DNA of 64,000 nt, from IMG/VR virus record IMGVR_UViG_3300025093_000012, positions 1 through 64,000 of that record; one strand, 5' to 3'. The position numbers and the translations under genes are program-made. The DNA is from a virus. Shown piece after piece: positions 1 to 8,344 of this stretch. The stretch's first letter is position 1. Every line of letters begins with the position of its first letter. The notes below the pieces were generated by a model. That model had not been told where the DNA came from. It was given only the letters and a program-made list of their open reading frames with translations, and did not search any database.

Positions 1-137
1 TTAGTTGGTCTACAAGCAGGATATGGTCTTTTAGATCCTGATCTAGACTTTCTGCCACAAGGCTTTCCTGTCTTACAGTCTATCCAACCTTTACCGTTGT
101 TTCTGCTAAACCATTTACGTAAACCTTCCTTAGCCAT
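1..137 (-). CDS. small basic Cys-containing phage protein (runs off window start)
   Basis: Manual translation MAKEGLRKWFSRNNGKGWIDCKTGKPCGRKSRSGSKRPYPACRPT; the ATG overlaps the upstream stop (TAATG coupling at 135-139). Confidence 0.7.
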   Translation of the reverse strand, partial: MAKEGLRKWFSRNNGKGWIDCKTGKPCGRKSRSGSKRPYPACRPT

Positions 138-346
138 TACTTCTTCTTTTTCTTTTTCTTTTTAGAGTTGCCCCAATTAGCAGCCCCCACCTTTCTACAC
201 TTAACCAATGCCCCCGAACCATATGCTGATGGCCAAGTACCCCCGTTCCTAGTGTATCTTGCTTTCACTTTATGGTAGCATGCATCCTTCTTACTACCAC
301 CCTTTTTATATTCCTTGTCTTCTTTGACCTTTTTTAGTACGCTCAT
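137..346 (-). CDS. small Lys-rich phage protein (DACYHKVK..WPSAY type)
   Basis: 69 aa ORF coupled to both neighbours; the motif type recurs in aquatic phages. Confidence 0.7.
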   Translation of the reverse strand: MSVLKKVKEDKEYKKGGSKKDACYHKVKARYTRNGGTWPSAYGSGALVKCRKVGAANWGNSKKKKKKKK

Positions 347-591
347 ATCCTATACCTTTTACGTTTCTTCTGAACCCTCTGTTGAATTTTAGCGAGATTA
401 TAGTATTGGCTCAGGTGCTCCACCCATACCAACACATCTGCTATCTCCTCTTCTATCTCATCAGTGTGATCCACTTGCTTATTCATATCCTGCATCAATG
501 CGGTTGCAAGTTCACAGCATTCTTCCACTGTCTTCTGTCTTGCAAACTGCTTTCCGCTTTCAACCTTTGTTTTTTTAATAATGCTGTACAT
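343..591 (-). CDS. MazG-like NTP pyrophosphohydrolase
   Basis: EECCEL...EEEIADV (ExxE/ExxD) all-alpha NTP-PPase pattern; start moved to MYSII at 591. Confidence 0.7.
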   Translation of the reverse strand: MYSIIKKTKVESGKQFARQKTVEECCELATALMQDMNKQVDHTDEIEEEIADVLVWVEHLSQYYNLAKIQQRVQKKRKRYRI

Positions 592-631
592 AATTGTTTG
601 ATTTAATTTTACTACACAATATACAACACAA

Positions 632-952
632 TTATTCAACCACAGCTTTACGTGCGTCAATGATGTCACGTATCTCAGCACACTTCTCATACTCCTCTGT
701 ATCTACAAAATAGTACATCATATTCTCCAAAGTATCCATAGACGGATCTTCATCTGGGTTGTGCGCACATAACGCCTGCACAGTTGCCTTATCATTTGAT
801 TCTTCACTGAACATCTTCTCAATACTACTTCTACCTGTAATAATCATGAATGAATTCCTAAATGCAGTATCAACTATTAAGTCCTCTAGATCCTGTTTTT
901 GTTGAAATGATAAATCATCCATACCTTCAAATGCGTCAAATTCTTCTGACAT
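632..952 (-). CDS. acidic hypothetical protein with UVR-like C-terminal motif
   Basis: 106 aa; C-terminal EEYEKCAEIRD resembles the UvrB/UvrC motif. Confidence 0.65.
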   Translation of the reverse strand: MSEEFDAFEGMDDLSFQQKQDLEDLIVDTAFRNSFMIITGRSSIEKMFSEESNDKATVQALCAHNPDEDPSMDTLENMMYYFVDTEEYEKCAEIRDIIDARKAVVE

Positions 953-1008
953 TTTTATTTATTTTTTTTGGTTAAACATTCCCTTCTCTAAAGGATTACT
1001 GTACATAC

Positions 1009-1023
1009 ATAATATACAAAAAA
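1009..1023 (-). promoter_or_regulatory. putative phage promoter TTTTTGTATATTAT
   Basis: The same 14-mer occurs at 33581 and 35123, each upstream of a minus-strand gene. Confidence 0.6.
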
Positions 1024-1149
1024 TTCCTGGGTATTGAAAATTTACTGTGTGTGAAGTTCTTGGAACCTTATAACAATCAGCTCCCCGTCTTAACATTGGG
1101 TAACGTCCACCCCCTATGTCAAAGTGTGGACAAGCTAAAATCAAAAAAT

Positions 1150-1437
1150 ATGGCTAACGCAATTTTTTTCCACAAGATAGTAAATAACACTATCATTGTC
1201 AAGTCCTCAGTCCTATCTCTTAACAAGAAAGAACTGAACGGACAGACAACCTACAGTAGACAACAAGGTCAGGTGACCTATGGTCTACTATGCCTTTGTG
1301 ATGCTGATGGTAATACCATCAACCCACAAACACTGGGCCTCAAGAAGGACCAAGAGCTAAAGGGCTACAGGTTGACTAACAACCCTGTCCTTGACCAGGA
1401 AACTGGTGAAGAAACAGGTATGTTCTGGGCTGAATAA
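1150..1437 (+). CDS. hypothetical protein, first gene of the rightward block
   Basis: ATG at 1150 after an A-rich leader; hairpin overlaps the stop (1422-1446). Confidence 0.7.
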   Translation: MANAIFFHKIVNNTIIVKSSVLSLNKKELNGQTTYSRQQGQVTYGLLCLCDADGNTINPQTLGLKKDQELKGYRLTNNPVLDQETGEETGMFWAE

Positions 1438-2063
1438 GCCTGGAACTTGCCTGCCTGTGGAAACACAGGTTCTGAAGATGTGGTGACCCATTATAGTTAC
1501 GTGGACTTTGTGTACACTAACTATGTGGTTCCACTTACACTCTGCTTAATAATGTACTACTAAACACTCCAACTCCAGTTGATAGCTGTTGCAGTTGCAA
1601 TTTAGTTACATTTTTATTTGTTGTGTACGTTAAATTGTGTGTGTGAGGTCTTAATCACCACAATTACCCACTTCTTCCCACTACTATTACTGTCTATGAT
1701 AGTAATATATAATATAGCTATAACCACTGTATTTGTGAGTTTTAATTTGAGTCTGTTTGTTTCCTACACACTCTTATAGTGGTTATGGCTTTCTCTTGTT
1801 CTTTCTCTATAGGATAAGAGCTATATCAACCGCAATATTAAAAAATATAGAAAGGCTGTACTATTAGTCAATGACACATTGGCAACAGCGTATTCCTAAG
1901 CAAGAAGACAAACTGCTTAAATAATATTCTAGTTCCAAAGGGTAGGATTGATCACCTGTAATAATTTCCTAAAAAGTGGGAGACTGTTTAACAGTTCGTA
2001 GTAGTCACATTATGTGGAACCACAACTAGAATATTAAATTAATTAACCTCAATCTTAAAACTT

Positions 2064-2270
2064 ATGACACCACTAAATCCAATTGTGAGAACAGTAATCA
2101 AAGTATTATACCTAATTGTGTTACCTACTATATCTGTAGCACTATGGGTAATGTTATACAACAATGGAATCTTGAATACACCAATCAAGATATTCCTTGT
2201 TAGTTTCCTTTCCTTTCTAGGTCTATTTGCATCAGGATTATTCTGGTGGATAGCTTGGATTAATAGATAA
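2064..2270 (+). CDS. small two-TM membrane protein
   Basis: Two hydrophobic stretches; A-rich leader. Confidence 0.65.
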   Translation: MTPLNPIVRTVIKVLYLIVLPTISVALWVMLYNNGILNTPIKIFLVSFLSFLGLFASGLFWWIAWINR

Positions 2271-2274
2271 ATAT

Positions 2275-3175
2275 ATATTAGGTTCTATAGAGTTACCTAA
2301 GTACACAAAACTCTTGACACTGATCAGATGCATATGATCACCGTTTAAAAGGAGATACAATAGAATTCAGCCTTTAATGCGTAACCGTGTCTTATCAGAA
2401 TGGTGAGAATCCATACAACGTTTAATATATACCGTGGCTCATGTCTTGTCGTGAACAAGCATTAGTGTCTATAGAATATATTTGGCTGCTTATAGTCATT
2501 AGGATAATCCTGGTAACAGGAATAAAGTTTACACAGAAGATTAAAACAGTTCTGTGTAGGCGTTGCATTATTGCAATCCATGTAAGCAAGGTAGCAACCA
2601 CAACAATAGCCGTATGGTGGAGTTGTGATTCCATTTGTCAGTGGAATTGAGTGTGAAAGCACAATAGGGGAACTACTAGGTAATGAAGAGAACTGTAGGT
2701 ATACAGTAATCTTTGTTATTAGTGTAATAGATGTGGTAACAGCATCTTGATTCACCGTGGGTAGACATATCTACACTGGATAGTTGTACTGCGTTGTCCT
2801 CAAAAGGGATGATGGGTAGCATTCTCATGCACTATCTGGATTCTGACATCTAGTGATTTTAATTAAACAATTAGAAAAGCTTAAGTCATGAGACATCTAG
2901 TAAGGACAATTACCTTATCACCTTGCAATATAGGTGGACTTTAGATCCGCAAGATCTATGGTTAGATGAAATTAAGTTCTACATAACAGCAGGGATGTTG
3001 TGAACCGTACCAGCGGGTGTGAATAAGATGGATTCTATAACTTACTTGATGAAAAACTGGTAGCACAGGATAAACTAGCGGTAATGTTGTCTACTATGCA
3101 GTAATGCATGGTGTGTATAATAGCAAAGACATTTGTTATAATGGCAATAGTTATGGTCACTTACTCAGCCTTAAC
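2275..3175 (+). ncRNA. candidate large structured ncRNA (GOLLD/ROOL-like)
   Basis: No convincing CDS; many short stems, GNRA tetraloops (2508-2521, 2651-2662, 2729-2747, 3093-3112) and T-loop UGAGAAU (2400-2414); G-U pairs favour the + strand. Boundaries are approximate. Confidence 0.65.
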
Positions 3176-3214
3176 ATTTTTTACTCAATCTTTAATAATT
3201 TAAAAACTACTACA

Positions 3215-3559
3215 ATGAAAGTATTATTTAGCATGAAAAAGGATATTCTTATTCATATTCTTTTACCAATGATGGTTATTGCATTAACCGTATTAATTTT
3301 CAAAGCAGAGGTGTTTGACTGGAGTCTTATTGCCTGTGTTACACCACTTGCATTAGCTACTGTTTTCTTACAGTGGGCACAGTGGTCATCTTATCCTAGA
3401 CAATCTAGAATAAAATTTACACGTGAGTTTATTCCTTCTGTAGGATTTTCTTTCGTAGTAAATCACCATCAGAAGGGAATTGGTATTCTATTACCATGCT
3501 TCTTCTTTTGTATTGAGTTTCAAGACTTGTATTTATTTCATAAAAAGCAAGTATCATGA
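3215..3559 (+). CDS. membrane protein
   Basis: Hydrophobic segments; likely start MKVLFS at 3215. Confidence 0.6.
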   Translation: MKVLFSMKKDILIHILLPMMVIALTVLIFKAEVFDWSLIACVTPLALATVFLQWAQWSSYPRQSRIKFTREFIPSVGFSFVVNHHQKGIGILLPCFFFCIEFQDLYLFHKKQVS

Positions 3560-3783
3560 GACATATCAAGAGATTAATTGCACCAATCAAGCTATTCGTA
3601 GCTTGGTTGTTTGCACACTTGTTATCTTGGGTAACAGTGTTTATTAGCATTCCTACAGTAGAATTCTTACTTGCAAAAGAATATTGGAGTACTGCAGGTC
3701 ACATAGTATTCATCATATCATTCATTATATACTTTGCAATGACAATAGTATTCTTGTTTGATTTAAAACGTAAAGGATCATGA
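3556..3783 (+). CDS. two-TM membrane protein
   Basis: ATGA-coupled on both sides; two hydrophobic helices. Confidence 0.65.
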   Translation: MRHIKRLIAPIKLFVAWLFAHLLSWVTVFISIPTVEFLLAKEYWSTAGHIVFIISFIIYFAMTIVFLFDLKRKGS

Positions 3784-4319
3784 TTTTTGATTTAGCTAAG
3801 TCTTTTTGGAATAGACTCTTCAATACTGAGGAGTCTTTCCAAGAGGATGAACACAACTACAAAAGAGTATTTAAAACTGATAGAGGTCAGATTGTTAAAG
3901 TCCCTAAGATACTTTCTGTAAGTAATGATATAATTATTTACACAAGTGAGTATTTTATGGGTACTTGTCAGCAATCTTACTGTACCAGAACAAATACCAT
4001 GAGTGTTCAATTTCGTATAATGGATTGGAATTTACCAAAATACTTTCTTAAGAATATTGGTAAGTACTTCATTGAAGTAAATGAATTTGAATACCAAGGC
4101 TTTACTGTTAAAGCATCAGCATGTGAGCAGTCAATCATTATAAACTTCCATAAGGATTATGCAAATGGTCCTAAATATTTGGATAGTTATGAAGAGATTA
4201 ACTACTTAAAAGACTTTGATCGTCTAAGAAAAAAGATGAAACATTTTGTTAAGCAAAACAAACATCTTAATTTTGAGCATGATCAATTGCTGATTGCTGT
4301 AGATATTTCTCAAATATGA
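3780..4319 (+). CDS. hypothetical protein
   Basis: 179 aa ORF with ATGA overlap. Confidence 0.65.
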   Translation: MIFDLAKSFWNRLFNTEESFQEDEHNYKRVFKTDRGQIVKVPKILSVSNDIIIYTSEYFMGTCQQSYCTRTNTMSVQFRIMDWNLPKYFLKNIGKYFIEVNEFEYQGFTVKASACEQSIIINFHKDYANGPKYLDSYEEINYLKDFDRLRKKMKHFVKQNKHLNFEHDQLLIAVDISQI

Positions 4320-4386
4320 GAAACATAACAGTACCAGTATATAGTTAGAGATTTAGTAGTCAGTAATGGTTATTAAGTTTGAGTGG

Positions 4387-4418
4387 GTAGTGGGGTAGTG
4401 TAATAGCTACCTCACTAC
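4387..4418 (+). terminator. hairpin immediately upstream of tRNA-Arg (terminator or processing site)
   Basis: GTAGTGGGGTAG-loop-CTACCTCACTAC stem. Confidence 0.45.
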
Positions 4419-4423
4419 TATTT

Positions 4424-4497
4424 GCTCCCATAGCTCAACTGGATAGAGCAACAGCCTTCTAAGCTGTAGGTTCTAGGTTCAAGTCCTAGTGGGAGTA
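4424..4497 (+). tRNA. tRNA-Arg(TCT)
   Basis: Acceptor GCTCCCA/TGGGAGT; anticodon arm ACAGC-CTTCTAA-GCTGT; T arm CTAGG-TTCAAGT-CCTAG; no encoded CCA. Confidence 0.95.
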
Positions 4498-4510
4498 CTA
4501 AAGGTGAATT

Positions 4511-4957
4511 ATGAATGTAAATAGAAAGTTAGCATGTATTATGGCATGTTTGATGTCAGTATCATTATACGGAAGTAATGACACATTTCCTCCATTAGAG
4601 TTTTTTGTTGATGCACTTATACAAGTAGAATCAAGAGGTGACTCAACTGCAGTAGGAGATGGTGGCAAAGCAGTAGGAGTATTGCAGATACATCCAATAA
4701 TGGTTAGAGAAGTAAATAGAATATTAAATAAACAAGGTTCTGATAAGAGATATGAATATGAAGATAGGTGGTCTGTTAGATCTTCTATAGAAATGTTTCA
4801 TATTTGGAGAAAGTATTATCACTCAAACTCATCATATGAAGTCATGGCTAGATCATGGAATGGTGGACCAGGTGGTCCGTACAGTAGATACACATTGTGC
4901 TATTGGAAGAAAGTGAAAAATGCTATGCTTGTTATTAGTGCCTCTAATGGATTATAA
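4511..4957 (+). CDS. lysozyme-like / lytic transglycosylase (SLT) with signal peptide
   Basis: LIQVES catalytic Glu, AVGVLQI, ARSWNGGP; hydrophobic N-terminus. Confidence 0.8.
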   Translation: MNVNRKLACIMACLMSVSLYGSNDTFPPLEFFVDALIQVESRGDSTAVGDGGKAVGVLQIHPIMVREVNRILNKQGSDKRYEYEDRWSVRSSIEMFHIWRKYYHSNSSYEVMARSWNGGPGGPYSRYTLCYWKKVKNAMLVISASNGL

Positions 4958-4959
4958 AT

Positions 4960-5388
4960 ATGAAAGAATTAATTGAATTTATTAAGGATGACTTTGCAGG
5001 ATTTGTAAAGTTAATCTTTGGAGCTGCAGCTACATCAGCTGTAGTAATAGTATTATTAGTAATGATTATGACCTGTACAGGTTGTGAAAAAGCAGAAGAC
5101 CTTCAGCCACCAACTAATGTTGAATTATCTGTAAATCTTAATGGAAGAACGTGTGGATGTGTAATAGAACAGACATCTCCTAATATGGATTATGATTGTA
5201 AATACAGAGGTGAAGGAACTTTGAATGGTGATTCTTGTGAAATTGTTATATGGGCTTTGCAAGAAGGACCATACTTTCCTTTCTTGGAGTCTTTTCCAAT
5301 TTATTTGAATGGTAACCCTGAAGGTAATGTAGATTGGTACACTACCTATGAAGGATCAAATGTAGTCATCCATGCAGAAAAATATTAA
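4960..5388 (+). CDS. putative lipoprotein or membrane-anchored protein
   Basis: Hydrophobic helix ending TCTGC followed by a polar domain. Confidence 0.6.
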   Translation: MKELIEFIKDDFAGFVKLIFGAAATSAVVIVLLVMIMTCTGCEKAEDLQPPTNVELSVNLNGRTCGCVIEQTSPNMDYDCKYRGEGTLNGDSCEIVIWALQEGPYFPFLESFPIYLNGNPEGNVDWYTTYEGSNVVIHAEKY

Positions 5389-5833
5389 AGTAGATGTGAG
5401 TCAGATTAAATATCTACTCAGAGATATGTTTAATGAAAAGTATATAAAGAATGGAGTAGCAATTGATGCTATATTTAATATGCTAAGTGAATCAGATATT
5501 GATTTGCTTATGCATATTTATAGTAGACCTGATTATAAGTTTCTAAGTTTAAACCAGAGGGTTAAGTTTAAACCTTCAAAGTATGACTTGGAGAATACAA
5601 ATATTGATACTCTTATTGATACAGGATATGCTAACCTAGATGGTTGGCATTATGGCATTGTTAAAGGAGATACCAGTTATAATAGTGGTTTCAATCCAAC
5701 TTATCATAGAATGGTTGTTCAAACTATGACAACAGATGCTGATAATTGCACTATACCAATTGAAATAGAAGTTTATACTTCTACTTTATATCCTGTTGAA
5801 GACAATGAAGGCAAATGGAAAGGTTTGGAATAG
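5372..5833 (+). CDS. hypothetical protein
   Basis: 153 aa ORF in operon. Confidence 0.65.
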   Translation: MQKNIKVDVSQIKYLLRDMFNEKYIKNGVAIDAIFNMLSESDIDLLMHIYSRPDYKFLSLNQRVKFKPSKYDLENTNIDTLIDTGYANLDGWHYGIVKGDTSYNSGFNPTYHRMVVQTMTTDADNCTIPIEIEVYTSTLYPVEDNEGKWKGLE

Positions 5834-6057
5834 TTTCATATGAAGTTATAACTGATCCTGAGTTATCATTGATAGCCAAAAGCGTATATTGTGTGTATTG
5901 TATACATGCAGATAAAAGACGCATGTGTTTTCCTAGTAATGGAACTATAGCTGACATGTTAGGTGTTGGTTATAGTACTGTTAGTAGGGGTATAAAGGAG
6001 CTGAAAGATGCTAAGTATATCACTAGACAAGGTAGATATATAAAACTTTTGAAGTAG
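5815..6057 (+). CDS. helix-turn-helix protein (HTH_36-like)
   Basis: CFPSNGTIADMLGVGYSTVSRGIKELKDAKYI winged-HTH pattern. Confidence 0.8.
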   Translation: MERFGIVSYEVITDPELSLIAKSVYCVYCIHADKRRMCFPSNGTIADMLGVGYSTVSRGIKELKDAKYITRQGRYIKLLK

Positions 6058-6138
6058 ATAGCTATACTACTCTAAATTATTATATGTCTATCAGCAAGAT
6101 TAAGTTAAATACGTTGTTATTTTACCTAGTTTTGTACT

Positions 6139-6405
6139 ATGATTTACCAATTACCAAACGGCAGAGTAATCCATCTGAGTCTAGAACAATATCTAGATAT
6201 GTCAGATGAAGAATTACATGAGTTAGCCTGTCTTGGTGATGCATATACATCAGATCCTGTTGATCCTTTTTATAAATCAGTGGCTGGAAGATCAACAGCC
6301 ACACCAGAAATCCCAGAAGTAGAAGAAGAAAAAGAAAAAGATTTAGATGAATTTTCTACGGAAGAGAAACTACAGGATGATTACTTTCATCCTGATGATG
6401 TGTAA
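6139..6405 (+). CDS. acidic hypothetical protein
   Basis: 88 aa; TAGTTTTG (TAnnTTTG) at 6127-6134 just upstream. Confidence 0.7.
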   Translation: MIYQLPNGRVIHLSLEQYLDMSDEELHELACLGDAYTSDPVDPFYKSVAGRSTATPEIPEVEEEKEKDLDEFSTEEKLQDDYFHPDDV

Positions 6406-6439
6406 ACCCTTTTATTAATTATTTAAAACCAATTTTGAC

Positions 6440-7054
6440 ATGACAAATGGTAAAGTAACTATTGTTGCAGATGACAATGGTAGTGTAATTAGAGTGTCCA
6501 AGAACAATCCTGAGTATGGACATGTAAGATTAGTTCAGGAGAAAACGTTTATTGGTTCAGGAAACTGGGCTAAAAGACAAACAAGAAGTACCTTAATTCA
6601 TGGTACAGTAGAAGATCTACAAGCTACAGGGCTAGCTGAGGCAAAAGAATTGCCAGGTCATATTGTAATTAGAGAACAACTTGAACCATTTCAAGAGAAA
6701 GATGGTGATAGAGATCTTAAAGTTGCTGGAGATACAGGTGTTATCTGTTGTTCATATGGTCAACCTATTTATAGGAAAGCCTTCTACTCTATGGATTTAA
6801 GTGAACCAGATGTTCTTATCCAACACACAAATCAAGATGCTATTAGAGAAGCTAATGGTCTTGAGCCACGTGGAACTCAAATTTCAAAAGAGCATATGGA
6901 AGAAATAACTGCTAACGTTCAAGAAGAAGAGCCTAAGTCAACAAGACGCAATAAGGCTAAAGAGAATGAGCAGGTAGATCTTGAAGACTCTATTGAAGAA
7001 GTAGAGAACACTGAAGAAATTGAGGTAGAAGAGGATGATTCCTTTGAACTTTAA
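6440..7054 (+). CDS. hypothetical protein with acidic tail (possible ssDNA-binding protein)
   Basis: Beta-rich N-domain and acidic tail ending DDSFEL; followed by a terminator. Confidence 0.6.
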   Translation: MTNGKVTIVADDNGSVIRVSKNNPEYGHVRLVQEKTFIGSGNWAKRQTRSTLIHGTVEDLQATGLAEAKELPGHIVIREQLEPFQEKDGDRDLKVAGDTGVICCSYGQPIYRKAFYSMDLSEPDVLIQHTNQDAIREANGLEPRGTQISKEHMEEITANVQEEEPKSTRRNKAKENEQVDLEDSIEEVENTEEIEVEEDDSFEL

Positions 7055-7065
7055 TATTTGTTAAT

Positions 7066-7093
7066 GGGGTTGTGTAATGCAACCCCTTTTTTT
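7066..7093 (+). terminator. intrinsic terminator
   Basis: GGGGTTG-loop-CAACCCC followed by a T-run. Confidence 0.85.
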
Positions 7094-7117
7094 ATTTTTG
7101 ACTCTTAAATTATCATT

Positions 7118-7306
7118 ATGAAAAATTTATTTGTTTTAATGCTTGCAGTAGCAGGCTTATCTATTGCTTCTTGTGGAGTATTTGTAGAAGAAGAAGTTCA
7201 AGAAGAAACTTCTACGGATGTTGATACTCTAGAAGTACCAGTAGAAATACCAACAGATACAGTTGTTTCAGATACTTGTGAAGACACAGTTCTTCTAAGC
7301 ATCTAG
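7118..7306 (+). CDS. small acidic lipoprotein
   Basis: Signal peptide II with lipobox IASC and an Asp/Glu-rich mature part. Confidence 0.7.
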   Translation: MKNLFVLMLAVAGLSIASCGVFVEEEVQEETSTDVDTLEVPVEIPTDTVVSDTCEDTVLLSI

Positions 7307-7326
7307 TTACTAAGTTATCTTTATTT

Positions 7327-7351
7327 AAGAGGGGCTTCGGCCCCTTTTTTT
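7327..7351 (+). terminator. intrinsic terminator
   Basis: AGGGGC-TTCG-GCCCCT followed by a T-run. Confidence 0.9.
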
Positions 7352-7389
7352 ATGCTCAAACTTTATTAATAACTAAAACCCTTACTAAA

Positions 7390-7866
7390 ATGCTAAATCA
7401 AAATCAAATACAACAGTTAAAACAAGCACAATATGTAGCACGTTTAAAGAAGCTAGAAATTTATGATGAATATCTAGCTTATGACAGGAAGATAGATTAT
7501 TCCAAGCTTAATCCTCAACAGCACTTCTTATTTAAAAGAGTATTACATGGATTGAAACTGTATACTAAAGAAGAAATTAATAGTATGCACTGGGATAAGA
7601 AGAGAAGAATAATAAAAGTCTGGAAAAGATCTCAAGATGTAATAAATAGGTGGAAACAAAAGCTATGTTACAATGACTCTCAAAAGATATTTGCTATATT
7701 TGCAAAGAGAGGAATAGGTAAAGCTTTTTATGATTCACCGTTTGAATACATACCAGACTTTAGAAACAAACTTACTCTCAAGGAAATGGGAATTGAATAT
7801 GAACATTTGATTGTTAAGTTCATAGATGAAGGTTTGTTACCAAGGAATTTCTTTGATATTAAATGA
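7390..7866 (+). CDS. hypothetical protein
   Basis: 158 aa ORF coupled to the next gene. Confidence 0.7.
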   Translation: MLNQNQIQQLKQAQYVARLKKLEIYDEYLAYDRKIDYSKLNPQQHFLFKRVLHGLKLYTKEEINSMHWDKKRRIIKVWKRSQDVINRWKQKLCYNDSQKIFAIFAKRGIGKAFYDSPFEYIPDFRNKLTLKEMGIEYEHLIVKFIDEGLLPRNFFDIK

Positions 7867-8261
7867 AACCAAAAAAGAAATATTGTAGTGGGTGTGATTC
7901 TAATCAGTATATTTGGAAGAATCATGAAGGTAATAAGTATTGCAAGAGTTGCTGGTTAAAATCTAATGGTCAACCTTTGAAACCTAAAAAGGTTAAACCA
8001 ATTAAATTTAAATCTGCAAAAATGCAAAAGCTTGATGCATTGTATAGTAAGTTACGTAGAGTATACTTAACAAAACATCCAATGTGTCAAGCAGCTTTAC
8101 CTAATTGTACAAAACAATCAACAGATGTACATCATAAGAAAGGGAGAGGTAAGTATCATAATGAGGTAGAAACATGGTTATCAGTATGTAGAAATTGCCA
8201 TACTTGGATAGAAGAAAATCCAAAAGAGGCAATAGAGTTAGGCTTTAGTATGCCACGGTGA
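7863..8261 (+). CDS. HNH endonuclease with N-terminal zinc finger
   Basis: CxxC...CxxC, DVHHKKGRG, VCRNCHTWI. Confidence 0.8.
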   Translation: MKPKKKYCSGCDSNQYIWKNHEGNKYCKSCWLKSNGQPLKPKKVKPIKFKSAKMQKLDALYSKLRRVYLTKHPMCQAALPNCTKQSTDVHHKKGRGKYHNEVETWLSVCRNCHTWIEENPKEAIELGFSMPR

Positions 8262-8337
8262 TGGAATTGGTAGACATGACAGACTTAAACTCTGTTGGAC
8301 AGTATAGTCCGTGTGGGTTCAAATCCCATCCGTGGTA
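8252..8337 (+). tRNA. tRNA-Leu(TAA)
   Basis: Acceptor GCCACGG/CCGTGGT; anticodon arm ACAGA-CTTAAAC-TCTGT; long variable arm. Confidence 0.92.
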
Positions 8338-8344
8338 CAAATCT

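Noticed and set aside
1438-2063. CRISPR or mini-array in the non-coding early region
   Set aside because: There are no regularly spaced direct repeats; the PD-(D/E)XK gene at 22575 is a typical stand-alone phage exonuclease
2422-2755. Three overlapping short ORFs (2422-2634 -, 2441-2650 +, 2462-2755 -)
   Set aside because: They overlap one another, have atypical composition and no motifs, and are better explained as chance ORFs within a structured RNA
2275-3175. Group I/II intron, tmRNA or RNase P identity for the structured region
   Set aside because: It does not interrupt a gene, and I could not find group I core motifs, group II GUGYG/domain V, tmRNA acceptor ends or an RNase P P4 helix by eye. 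Rfam is needed for a formal exclusion
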